Origin: Camelus dromedarius
Taxonomy: Eukaryota
Direction of reading: 5' to 3'
Length of the DNA stretch: 64,000 nt
Assembly (NCBI RefSeq): GCF_036321535.1
Contig: NC_087445.1
Span: forward strand, 77,996,001 to 78,060,000
Translations under genes and position numbers: made by a program
Notes under the pieces: model-generated
Seen by the model: only the letters and a program-made list of their open reading frames with translations
Told to the model about the DNA's origin: nothing
Database searches by the model: none
Part shown: positions 23,774-35,115 of the stretch, piece by piece
Layout of the letters: each line of letters opens with the position of its first letter
How positions within the stretch are numbered: the stretch's first letter is position 1

Positions 23774-26672
23774 ATGGCGTCCGGCCCGGCGCTACCCCGG
23801 CTGCTCGGCGCGGGTGAGCGCGCCGGGGCCCTGGGGCCGGGGGCGCGGCGCGGGGCGCGGGCCCCCTTCCCGGGCCGGGGGCGGGCGGAGGGAGGCGGGG
23901 GGGGCGCGCCCCACGAGCCCGCTGTCCCCGCAGGTGTCCGGCGCAGGCCGCTCCGGCTGCACGTCGTCCCGACGGCGACCCCGGGCCCGGCCGGGCCGAG
24001 CAGCAGGACGCTGGGGAGCGCCGCGGCCCCCGCCGCCCGCGAGCCCGGGAGCAGCAGCGGTAACGCCGGCTCCTCGGCGCCGGGGGAGGGGGGTGAAACC
24101 GTCCCGCCGGGGGGCCCAGGCGCCCTGGGTTTAGACGTGGGCCCTGGAGGGACGCGGGCCCCCGGAGCCCCCGGCCCCCAGCAGCCCCACCTGCTGGGCC
24201 GCACGCGCTTCCAGGGGCCTCGGCGCGGGGGGCGGGGGGCCGCCGACCCTTCCCGGAATCCTGGCCGTGTTTCCGCGGGCGGCTGGACGGCACCGCCGGG
24301 ACTTCAGGCATCAGCCAGGCCCCTACTTTCCCAGTGAGGGTTTGACCAGGTTTACCCGGGGCGACGCCACCGTCAGACTTGGCCTCTACCTCGAGTCTCC
24401 AAAGAGGCCCCTGTGGCCCTGGGCCCCCTCAGCGTCTGGGCTTCCCGCCCTCCCCGCCCGCGGCCCCCTGGACTGGGAGCAGGGGCCCAGACCCTGCATC
24501 CTCCCTGCCTCCCCGCCCTAGATCTCAGCGAGAGGATCCTCAGCGAGCCCCTCAAGCACTCTGACTTCTTCAACGTCAAGGAGTTGTTTTCGGTGAGAAG
24601 TCTCTTCGATGCGCGAGTGCACCTGGGACACAAAGCGGGCTGTCGGCACAGGTGGGTGACGTCCCTGGTGAGTGTGGTGATTCCTCCAGGGGTTTGGGAC
24701 CCTGCCTTGGGGTCCAGGGCCACTCCAGTTTTTGCGAGAGAACAGCCCCCTCTGCCTCCAGATGGGATCAGTGACCCCAAAAACGGGCAGGTGTTTATGC
24801 TCAGATGCGGTTTGTTCCCCGCTCCCATGCGTCTAACTGGGTACCTTGGAGTGGGGCCCATGGTCCTGGGTGGGGACAGGCCAGCAGCCGGTCTTGTGAA
24901 CCGGTGATGGATGAGGGGGCTGCCATGGCCACCCACATCTGGAGGGGAGGTCTGGAAGATTATGCAGACAAGTAGAAACTGGCTCAGTTTCTTCACAAAG
25001 TTGTAAGATGGCTGAGTTGGAAATGGATTGAAGGGGCAGGTGGGAGGCCACTGGGGGAGGTGATTGTGGAAGTTCAGGGGGAGGTGACGGGCCCAGTTCC
25101 TGGGGGCAGAGTCCGGGTTGGGGTTGGTGTGGGGGGACAGAGCAGGTGTTGGTGTCCTTCCCTGAGATGGTCAAAGCCACATCAAGGCCTGGGGGACATC
25201 AGAAACTTGGTCCTGTGCCAGGTGACCTTTCGGCCACCCCAGTATTGATGTCACACAGGCCCTAGGAGGGAGTAGCCTGGGCCTGGGGGGCACCATGTCA
25301 GGACCTCTTGAGAACATCTGGAGAGGAGAGGAGGTCCCAGGCAGGACCTCTGGGCTGCCAGCATCTTAGGTTCCAGGAAGAAGGGAAGTGGCCAAGAAGA
25401 GGGAGGGAGGGCATCCACTGTGGGCAGCTACCCAGAAGTCACCTGAGGTGAGGGCAGGTGGAGGTCGTGGGGCCTCGAGCAGTCTGTTGAGAAGAAGGGA
25501 CTGAATCCAGATGCGAGTGAGCAGGGGATGAGGACCAAGGGACGGTCTCCTGCCCCCATCTCTCTGTCCTAGTCAGCCAGTCTGTGCCCTTGGGGCTCTC
25601 CTCCCGGGCCTGGCTGGCTTCTGTTCTGTCCCCTCACACTCGCAGCCCAGGGCACCCCCTGCTCTGCTGGTCCCCCAGGCGGGGTGGGGGAGGGGGAGGC
25701 AGCCTTGGTTGTAAAGCCTCAGAGACGGAACTGCAGCCGGCCCAGCAGTACCAGCAGAATGGTCTGCGCATCGCGTGGGCGTGTCCAGACAGCCGTGTGG
25801 CATGAGCTGTTAGAACCCCCATGCAGCAAGGTGGAGGTTCCGAGGCCGAAGCCGCTTGCCTGAGACGCGGAAGTGGCCTGTGGCCCAGCCTGCCCTGCCC
25901 CCGCCCCCACCCCTGGCTGCCTCTGGCCGTCACTCCTGGGACGAGGCGCTTGCCGTTCTCGTCGCACTGAGGGGCTGCGGGCTGCACCAGCCCCGTATGG
26001 TGTGTCCCCCGTGGAGGGGCCGAGGGGGCCCGTTCACGCTGGCCTTGGTGCGTGTCTGGCAGGTTCATGGAGCCGTTCATCTTCGGGAGCCGCTTGGACC
26101 AGGACATCATCGACCTGGACCAGACGGCCGCACACCTGCAGCTGGCCTTGAATTTCACGGCCCACGTGGCCTATCGCAAGGGCATCATCCTGTTTGTGAG
26201 CCGCAGCCGGCAGTTCTCACACCTGATCGAGAGCACGGCCCGGGACTGCGGCGAGTACGCGCACACCCGCTACTTCAAGGGCGGCCTGCTGACCAACGCG
26301 CCCATCCTCCTGGGCCCCATGGTGCGCCTGCCCGACCTCATCATCTTCTTGCACACGCTCAACAACGTCTTCGAGCCCCACGTGGCCGTGAGGGACGCGG
26401 CCAAGATGAACATCCCCACCGTGGGCATCGTGGACACCAACTGCAACCCGACCCTCATCACCTACCCCGTCCCTGGCAATGACGACTCGGCCCCCGCCGT
26501 CCACCTCTTCTGCAGGCTCTTCCAGACCACCATCAACCGGGCCAAGGAGAAGAGGAGGCAGGTCGAGGCCCTGTACAGACTGCAGAGCCCAGAGGGGGCC
26601 GCGGGCCGGGCTCCAGCCGACCCTGCTCCCCCAGGAGCGCAGGCCGGGCTGGACTTGGGTCATTCCCCTTGA
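23774..26672 (+). CDS. MRPS2: Mitochondrial ribosomal protein S2 (uS2m); join(23774..23813,23934..24059,24522..24651,26063..26672), 301 aa
   Basis: Exons of 40+126+130+610=906 nt joined by GT-AG introns. Contains the uS2 signatures [36 protein letters not shown] and [36 protein letters not shown] at 27137-27142. Confidence 0.97.
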
Positions 26673-28654
26673 TGGGCCACCCTCCTCCTGGGTGAAGCAG
26701 CAGCCAAGCCCGTTCCTAAGCTGGGAACAGCCCCCCATGCCAGTCCCCTCCCTCCCCCTCCTCCCTCCCCCGTCGTCCCAGGCACTGGGTCCCTGCTACT
26801 AGGAACTTCTCAGCAGCTGCCCGCCCAGGGCTCCACGTCAGACCCACGACCCCAGCAGGCTCCCAGGGCAAGCGGCCTGTCCACAAAGGACCCATTGGGA
26901 GCCACCTTGCCCCTGGGTCCTGCAGTCCTTGCTTCTACCTCGAGATGAGCCCCCCCATGGGTTGGCAGGGTTCTCACACCGGGTCGACTTTTACTCTCAG
27001 AACACCCCAAAGTCAGGCTGCTTCCTGCCGCCTGGTTTCAGGAGCCGTTTTGTAACATGAGGCTGCAGGGCGAGCCACTCCAAGATCCTGTCTGGGTTGG
27101 AACTGGCCGGGCAGAGCGGGCAGCACAATTCCAACAAATAAAACTGGGCTTCCAGCAGGACGGTGCCCGGACCATCAGGTCTGCAGTGTGGTCTGTGCTC
27201 TTGTCTCTGCTCGCCCCCGGGAGCGCACAAGACTCATCTGTGCCCTCTGGTGCTCGGGCTTCGGGGAGGCAGACGTGCAGACGTGTTGGGTGGGAGGGCG
27301 GAGGCCCTGGCTGTGCCTCGGCACCGTCCTCCGTGCTGGGGCTCGGAGGCCTTGGGACCTGCCCGCGTCCTGAATGGTCAGGAAGGACGTATGGACGCTC
27401 ATTCCCGGGTTTCCTGGGTGCTCCCTCGTCAGTGAGGCCTGGGGTGAGGTGCGGGCCGCTCTTTCCGGGAGCCTGCCCTGTGGCGCTCAGCACGTTCGCT
27501 CCCGGTGTGCCTGACCGCCCCCGGGAACCTGTCTGCTGGCGAGGGTCTGTGAGGGCGGGGCAGGCTGGCGCACGGGGGCAGGAAGCCGAGTCCTGGGGTC
27601 CACTCAGCGTCTCCTTTCAGGGAGGGGGTGCATGCTGGAGGTTCCTGGTGTTCTCTGGAGACACGCTGGGTTCCTGGTTCAGAAGGTGCAGGAAACCGAG
27701 CGTCTCTTTGAAAGCACCAACTGACCAGTCTTGCTTTGATTTGCAAACATGAAGTATGAAGATGCAGATCTGTAGGCAGGTAAACCGAGGGGCCCCCCCC
27801 CAGGGCTTCCCCCCACTGGAGACCCCGTGTGTGGGTGTGGGTGAGTTTCCCCGAGCAGGTGGCCTGTGGGGAGAGCCAGCAGGGCCGCCCCTCGGCATTC
27901 AGGGAGACCCCCGTGGGAGCCGAGGGCCTGGAGATGAGCACAGTGTGGAAATGCTTCCTGGCCGTCCGTGCACAGGAGTTCCCGGAGCACAAACTGGGCC
28001 TCCCCAAGGCTGCAGGGGGTCCACACCACCCCTCAGAAGCGGGCATTTAGGGCACCACAGGCAGCCTGGGGGCGGTGAGTGACACGCAGGGAGACATGAG
28101 TACACAGGAGCCATGGGACTGGCTGGAGGGGAGCAGCCCGGGGGGACAGACTCCCTGGAGCACCCCTGCCTCACCCCATTCCCTAGGGGACCCTAGGATA
28201 CTTGCAACCCGCTCTGGATCCAGGCAGTGAAGACCAGCAGGGGCGACAGCAGTGTCTGAGTCACTGGCTGTGCTTCCAGCCCAGGTGCTGGGGGCAGGGT
28301 GGGCAGGAGCGGCGCACCCAGTGGGTGTCCCAGTGGACAAGCAGAAGCAAATGAGCCCGATGGGTCCAGCTGCACGAGGACCAGAGCCAGGGTCGGGGCC
28401 TCTCTGGGAAGAGCAGCGAGGGGACCAGAGGGGCTCAGGTTGACGGAGCGGGCGTGGCCTCAGCCCTGCGGGAGGGCACCTCCAAGTTTGCCTCCCTGGC
28501 GGTGAACCCCAAGAGATGCCAGAAGCTCTGAAGGGGGTGAATGCGCCTAGCCTTGGGGGCACGAGAGGAAGGGCCGCCCCCGAGCCCTCGACTTGCCCTT
28601 TATGCCTGAGCTCTGGGCCCTGGCAGGGCTGGGCCCTGCCCGCTGGCCCCGCAG

Positions 28655-31370
28655 GCGCCTGGAAGAGCCGGGCTCCGGACTGGGCAGGTGCACCACGCCC
28701 CCAGCCTGGGCCAGGACAAGCCTAGGGCGACCGTGGGCACAGAGGGTCTCCAGAACCAGGCCTCGGGATGGCTGTGACCAGACGCCACCCAGACACCTCC
28801 CCAGGGCCCCGCCCAGGGCTTCGCCTCTTGAGTGCCCAGTCCCCCGCCAAGAAGCTGGGCCCCTCCCTTCACCCACCAGTGCCGTCCACCCCGGGCCTAG
28901 GCCGGGTGCGAAGGCAGTTTGCATGTATTTGTAAGGCTGGCCGAGACAAGTCTTTGTGTGCTGTTGCGTTTCAGGATGTGAACATGGATATTTGGGGATT
29001 GTTTTTGAACTGCCTCTCCTTTGAAAATTGGCCCCCGTGTGAGAATGAGTCAGCCCTGAACCCGTGAGAGACCTGGGGTGGGGGGGTGGGGTCACAGCAG
29101 ACCCCGGGGGGGAGCTGGCGGGGCGCCTGGTGCCTGCCTTCCAGGGCAGCGACCTCTCCTATGTCACCATCTTCCTGTGCACCTACCGAGCCTTCACCAC
29201 CACGCAACAGGTCCTGGACCTGCTCTTCAAAAGGTGAGCCCCCGCGCCCCTCCTGGCCGTGTGACTTGGGAGCGCCACTTCACCTCGCCGAGGCTCCGTT
29301 TGCGCCTGTGAAGGCCGGGCTGCCCAGAGGCCCGGCCGCACGGGGCTGGCAGGACATCGGGTGAGCGTGCACGGCGCGACCCTGTGCCCGGCCCTGCGGG
29401 AAGGGCTGCCGGGGCACCTGCGGTTCTTCCTGAGGGTTTCCTCTCCCCCGCAAAGAAGCCCCCGCCCTTGGGCAGGGCTGTCTTCCCGTTTGTGAAGGAG
29501 GTTCCGGGTTCCGTCGCGGGGCGGGGGCCCTCCCAGAGCAGGGGTCACTGGGCTCTGGCTGAGCCCACTCAGATAGCTGTAAGGGGCCGACTCGGGGCTA
29601 CACACGGGGCCCCCACTGTGCGCAGGCGCTGTTTCAGGCCTTTGGCGTAAGTCAGTGACTGGGGCAGATGGAAACCCCTGCCCTCCCGGGGTTCCACCCT
29701 GGTCGGGGGGTCAGCCAGTAACACCGGACGTCACAGCAGGTACGGTAGATGTGACGCCCTCACGGCCTCCTCTAGATACGGATGCATCCTCCCGTACTCC
29801 GACCAGGACGGCGGGCCCCAGGACCAGCTGAGAAAGTGAGTAGGCTTTGGGTCTGATGGGGGGGCCTCCTGTCTCCAAGATGGGGACTTTGTGGGGCTGA
29901 GGCTGGGGAGGGGCTGGGCAGGGCTGAGGTCTGGAGGCCTCTCCTGCAGGAGGAAAGGAGTCAGGGAGCCGTGGCTGGGGTCCTGAGTCCCCAGGGAGCA
30001 GAGGGGAGACTGGGGGCTCAGAGCCGCCCCTGAGAACATCCATCCCCTCCCAGATCTGGGGCCCAGGACAGGAGATGTGAGGGGCAAGCTGCTCACACGT
30101 CGGCCTCGTGCCCCAGTGTGAGTGCTCGGCTGGGGCTCACGAGAGCTCAGTCGGGGCTCGGGGGCCGGCCGTGTTCCCAATCCCGAGAAAAGTGTCACTG
30201 GGGTAATGAGGCTGACACGCGATGCGGAGACAAAGGCAGCCCTTCGGGGCTGAGCTGCAGGCTCAGGTGCGCGAGGCCCAGGAAAGCCAGGCAGGGGCCA
30301 CGCTCTGCTCATCCCCTCCTCCCTCACACACTCATGCAGCACCTGCCGTGTGCCGGCCAGGCCAGTGTGATGGAGTAGACGTGACCCTCCCTGCCCTCCT
30401 GCAGTTTCCACTCCAGTGAGGAGGGCCTGGGGTCGGACAGGAGTGAGTCAGGTTCCCTGAGAAAGGGAGAGGTGGTCACCACGGATGGAAGGCTCCCTCC
30501 CACGGAGACTGCCCGCCCCACCTGCTGACCAGGCTGCCCCTGTCTGGGTGGGCTGGGGCGGGGCTGGCCTCTGGATGGGCAGGGATGGGCCCCAACACCC
30601 AGCCGCCTTGGAGGTGCCATGGGAGGGCAGTGCAGAAGGAAAGCCCAGGCCTCTGACTCTGTCGTGCCCCGTCCCCCACCACTGCCTACCCCCAGTGCCA
30701 TCTCCTCCATCCTGGGTACCTGGCTGGACCAGCACTCAGAGGCCTTCTGTCAGCCACCGGACTTCCCCTGCCTCAAGCAGCCGGTGGCCTACATGCAGCT
30801 CAACATGCCTGGCTCTGACCTGGAGCGCCGCGCCCAGCTTCTCCTGGCCCAGCTGGAGCATGCTGACCTCACCGAGACAGAGCCAGAGGGTGAGGAGCTC
30901 TGGGGGGTGGGGGGGCGATATGAGCACGTGGGGAGGGGCCCCAGAGGCCGCTGCTGGGCCAGGAGCAGAGGTGGGCCTCAGACCACCGGCGTGCTGGACC
31001 GCAGGCGGGGAAGTCGCCCTGTGCCGGATTCTCGTGCCAGAGCTCCTGTAAAAGGCGGCAGGACGTTTTCTGTCTTTGGAAAGGCACCATTTGGAAGGCG
31101 GGCATGTCCATCTCCTCTGTGGCTTCACCGCTGTCTCAGCGTCTCATGATGGCTCCAGCACCAGCTCCGGGACCATCTGAAGATCTGGACCAGCCGCAGA
31201 AGCACCAGCAGAACTGAAGCCAGAACCAGAGCCAGAGGCATCTCCATCAACAGGTGCGCCAGGGTGGGAGCCAACAGCACCGTCAGTCCCATCAGCACCT
31301 CTGCGGCTGGAGCCCGGCGCGGCGGGGACAAGGCCCCGCGGGAGGCCACCCTCAACTCGCTGCCCCAGGA
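28655..31370 (+). pseudogene. Unprocessed, 3'-truncated RALGDS-like pseudogene (REM-domain exons only)
   Basis: Exon ~29038-29233 reads ENESALN(P)*ET..[frameshift]..LVPAFQGSDLSYVTIFLCTYRAFTTTQQVLDLLFKR. Exon 29740-29835 reads YGRCDALTASSRYGCILPYSDQDGGPQDQLR. Exon 30696-30889 reads AISSILGTWLDQHSEAFCQPPDFPCLKQPVAYMQLNMPGSDLERRAQLLLAQLEH. A degenerate upstream exon at 28655-28726 (EE..G..QVHH....GQ) and a frameshifted Pro/Glu-rich exon from 31140 flank these. Lesions: in-frame TGA at 29065-29067, frame change before 29127, no CDC25 domain found. Confidence 0.9.
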
Positions 31371-31379
31371 CGTCCCTTC

Positions 31380-31860
31380 CCTCTCTTGTTTCTGTTTTTG
31401 TTTTTAATTTTACTTTCCCCTTTCATGTTATTTGTGATGCTTTTTATCTTATGTCTTAATACAATCAAGCTTAACTTTTTAACTTTATATTGAGCACTTG
31501 AGGAGCGCGTAGTCCACTCACGTGACCTTCAGGCCTGTCTCAGAGCCGACCGCCTCACTCCCCAGAAGGAAGCCCTGGACGGAAAGCCGTCGCCCCCCGG
31601 CCCTCCCTCCCCCGCCCCCCACACCCCCTAACCTTTCTGTCTCTGTGTCTTTCCCTGTTCTGGATGTTTCCATAAACGGAATCGTGCAACACGCAGCTTT
31701 TTGTGTGTCTATTTTGAGAGAATAGTTCATTTTTGTTTTCTTTTTCTACCTGAAATAGCACTTCTGTTACATGAAGGGGAAATCCCGATGGAGTAAAGGT
31801 GGAATGCACAGAGTGAAGCCCTTTCGGCAAACACGTGCACAGTCTCAGGGCAGAGACCCC
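31380..31860 (-). mobile_element. Old L1M 3' fragment abutting the end of the RALGDS-like relic
   Basis: T-rich start, then ttccctgttctggatgtttccataaacggaatcgtgcaacacgcagctttttgtgt, which resembles the reverse complement of an L1M 3' UTR. Confidence 0.65.
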
Positions 31861-32779
31861 GTTCTAAGTGTGACAGCAGCTCCCTAGGACAGAAGGGACA
31901 CGCCCGGCTCCTCCCGGGCCGAACAAAACCGCGAGAAACGCGGAGAGAGCGGGTGAGGCCGCACCCAGACCTGAGCTGCGCTCCTCACGCCCAGGAGCAG
32001 AGAGAGGGCGGACCCCCCTGCGGGCCCCGAACTCTCCAAAGTCAGTGCTTTTAAAAGGGCCCAAGAACAAACATGCAGTTCCAACGAGAGGCCGCACACA
32101 TGGTCAGTACGTGTCAGAGACGCTTGACCTCACTGATGGGGACACGCAGACGTAACCACTGTGGAGACAGCACCGGCCACCGTCACACTGGCAGGTTCCT
32201 CGTCTGGAGGTGACCAGCCCTGGGGACGACGTGAGGGGCAGAGGCCCCCCGGGCCCCCCAGAGGGAGGTGTGGAGGACACGCCTCTCTGGGAGAACCGTG
32301 TGCATGCTGTACCCAGGGCGCTAAGCCTAGGCTCACCCACAGGAGTTCTTGCACAGGGTTTTGAGATGTATTTTCAAGTGACCCATCACAGCGTTGGCCG
32401 AAATGGCAGGGACCTGGAAACAACTCTAGTGTCCATGGAGGGGGACGGGGTCCATCAGTCCTGGTCCACGCGGACGGGCGGTGCTATGCAGCTGCCCCAG
32501 TGGGTGTGCGGGTCTCCGTGCTGACAGGGGAGATCCAAGGGGTCCTTTTTCATGAGAGACGTGTGGACAACCATCTGCATCCAGGAGCTCGTCTGTAAGA
32601 CTACATGTATCTCATGTCAACATGCAGACACGTGTATATGTAAACGAATCTGCGTCTCAGACAGACAGACAGAGACAGAATGAAACCAACAGAGCCCGAG
32701 GGAAACACACCGAGCCGCTCACGACGGTTGTCCTGGGGTGGGACTCGGATCTCTCCTCCTTTAGGTGATGTGAGATTTT

Positions 32780-32955
32780 TTGTACGTGTGTTTGTGTGCA
32801 TGTGTGTGTGCATGTGTTTCTGTGTGACACGTGTGTGCATGTGTGCCTTCCCGTGTGTATGCAGGAGCGTACACGCGTCTTGTGCAGATGTGTGCGACAT
32901 GCATGTCTGTGTAACATGCCTGAATGTGCATGTGCACATGTGTGTGTGTCTGTGC
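32780..32955. repeat. Degenerate (TG)n/(CATGTG) low-complexity tract
   Basis: Alternating purine-pyrimidine run gtgtgcatgtgtgtg... Confidence 0.85.
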
Positions 32956-33809
32956 ATGGTCGGGGGAGATTCCAGAACATTCCCCCGGCTACACAGTTCT
33001 TACTCCAGTGGTGGGTGGCCCCATCCCCACCAGACCCAGAACCTTCTCTGAGCCCTCCAGCCTGAACTTGCAGCCCCTCTGCTGGGGATGCATCACCGTG
33101 TGGTCACGACAAAGCTCGGGCCCCCTTCTCGGGGGTCTTCCCGCTGCTCCTGAGGGGTCAGCCACGCTGTTTGTCCCCTTTAATGGCTCCTCACACACCA
33201 GTGACACTCGTGTGGCAGGAGGGAACATCTGCTCCATGGAATTAGCCTGGCATGTGCCCCGCCCACCGAGAGGCCCTCGGAGTCACCGTCTCGCTGGTCC
33301 CTGGCAGCGCTGCGCGCGGTGCCCTTCGCGGCCGGTCCAGGCCAGACCCGTCGGTGTGTTAGACTCACGGCAGGGAGCCCTGCAGGTGCAGATGGGCTGA
33401 GGGGCGGGTCAGCTCCCCTTGAGGTGGGAGACCATCCCGGATCACCCAGGCGGCCCAGAGCTGTCTCACCTGTTGGGAGGGGCAGGGTCAGAGAGGGAGG
33501 ACGGGAGGATGGGACAGGGTCAGAGTGACGCCCATGGGGTGACTGCGCTGGACGCTGCTGGCCCTGACGGTGGACAAAGGGGCCGCCAGCCCCAGGAAGG
33601 CGGTGGCCTCTAGAGGCTCAAGGTGAGAAAACGGATCCTTCCCAGGGGCTCTGGAAGGGAACCAGCACGAACTAGAAAAACAACCCTGGTGTGTGAAATG
33701 GACGGTTTGCTGGGGAGGCCGCCCTGCCGTCCGGCAGACGAGGAGGCGGGGCTGGTCCGCTCGGGAGAGGCAGGAGGTGGCTCTGCACGGAGGGCCTGGT
33801 CCAGGCCCG

Positions 33810-33880
33810 TGGGAGTGTGTGTCTGTGCTTGTCTGTGTGTCTGTGTGTATGTGTGTGTGTCCGTGTGTCTGTCTACGTGT
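33810..33880. repeat. Degenerate (TG)n tract running into an N-gap
   Basis: gtgtgtgtctgtgcttgtctgtgtgt... directly before gap 33881-34008. Confidence 0.85.
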
Positions 33881-34008
33881 NNNNNNNNNNNNNNNNNNNN
33901 NNNNNNNNNNNNNNNNNNNNNNNNNNNNNNNNNNNNNNNNNNNNNNNNNNNNNNNNNNNNNNNNNNNNNNNNNNNNNNNNNNNNNNNNNNNNNNNNNNNN
34001 NNNNNNNN
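33881..34008. other. Assembly gap (128 N)
   Basis: Run of N after a TG tract. Confidence 1.
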
Positions 34009-34227
34009 ATGATGGTGGTGGTTCACAGTAACAGGAAGTTCTCTCACAGTTTGGAGGACAGGTGTCTACAACCAGGTGCCGTCGGGAAGTCACCCAGGGC
34101 GTGTCCTGAACCAGTGGCGTCTGTGGCCGCAGCCCAGCATCTGAAGCCCTGGACACATGGCTGCCTGGGCTCTTCCTAGGGTGGGGCTGGGTGTCCCTGT
34201 GACCTCTGCCCCCTGGTTCCTGTCATC

Positions 34228-35115
34228 CAGTCTGACTGTCCTGGTTCCTACGAGCTGTGAGAGCCACAGGACCATGGCCCTGAACTGTATTTCCACATAA
34301 ACCCACTGGAGAGCCTTCTGGCACCTGTAGTCAGAGCCCCGGTTGGCCAGATGCTTATAAAGAACAGTTAGCCCGGTGGCGCCAGCACCGGGGTCTGTGC
34401 AGAGCTGGCGCCCAGCGTCCTAGGCTCTGTCCTCAGACAGAAGGACAAGAGACGTGACTGCCGATCGTGGAGAAAAGTTTACTGGGTGATGAAGATAGTC
34501 TGGAATCAGATGGTGGGGGGGCCAGGACGGGGGCTGTGCCTCCCAGAGGATGGGGAGGGTTTGCGTGGGGTTTCTGAGTTTGACGTGGAGCAAAGGTGCA
34601 GTGACCGGCGTCCTTCACTGGCCACCTGGCCTGGGCAACCTCCCAGCTGTGGCCTGGGACCCCTTGAGGCTGAACCCTGAAATGGTGGGTGGTGCTGCTA
34701 ACTCTGCAGGGCCAGCCCCGCGGCTGGGGGTCACCTCCATCTGCCAGGTGGACAGCAGGGCCTTGTAAGCACTGTGGACACCAAACCAGAGACTCAGGTT
34801 CCAGATGATTCTTCCTGACAAATTCTAACCAGACCTGGGGGTCAGGTAGCTCCTCTGCACAGACAAGGTGCTCCGTCCCAGGCTGGGAACAGAGAAAGGA
34901 CACCCCGGCCACCTGACCCAGCATGTGTGCAGGAAGGAAGGGCTGGATTTCCCACCCAGGGAACTGCCGGGACCATGATGTGGACCGACAGGGGAGAGGC
35001 GCAGCGAGAAGGGACAGTGGCCGGGAGGCTGTGAGGCTACACCAGATCAGGGGCAGTGGTTTGACCAGCGACCTCCTTCTTCTGAGTGTCCTCTCGGGAG
35101 GAGTGGTCCCAGGGC
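34228..35115 (-). pseudogene. Possible highly decayed lipocalin (OBP2/LCN1-type) relic, exon 3-4-5-like pieces
   Basis: Three AG-preceded segments lie at lipocalin-like spacing: 35051-35115 (..QKKEVAGQTTA), 34773-34882 (110 nt, GTEHLVCAEELP after a good pyrimidine tract) and 34228-34324 (..EIQFRAMV). Similarity was judged by eye only and is weak. Confidence 0.3.

Noticed and set aside
23287-24337. 270-310 aa ORFs over the MRPS2 5' end
   Set aside because: CpG-island artefacts. The true frame is split by GT-AG introns at 23814 and 24060.
32601-33051. His/Thr- and Cys/Val-rich ORFs, or a CRISPR-like repeat array
   Set aside because: These are translations of a degenerate TG/CA microsatellite. 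There is no constant repeat-spacer period and the context is eukaryotic.
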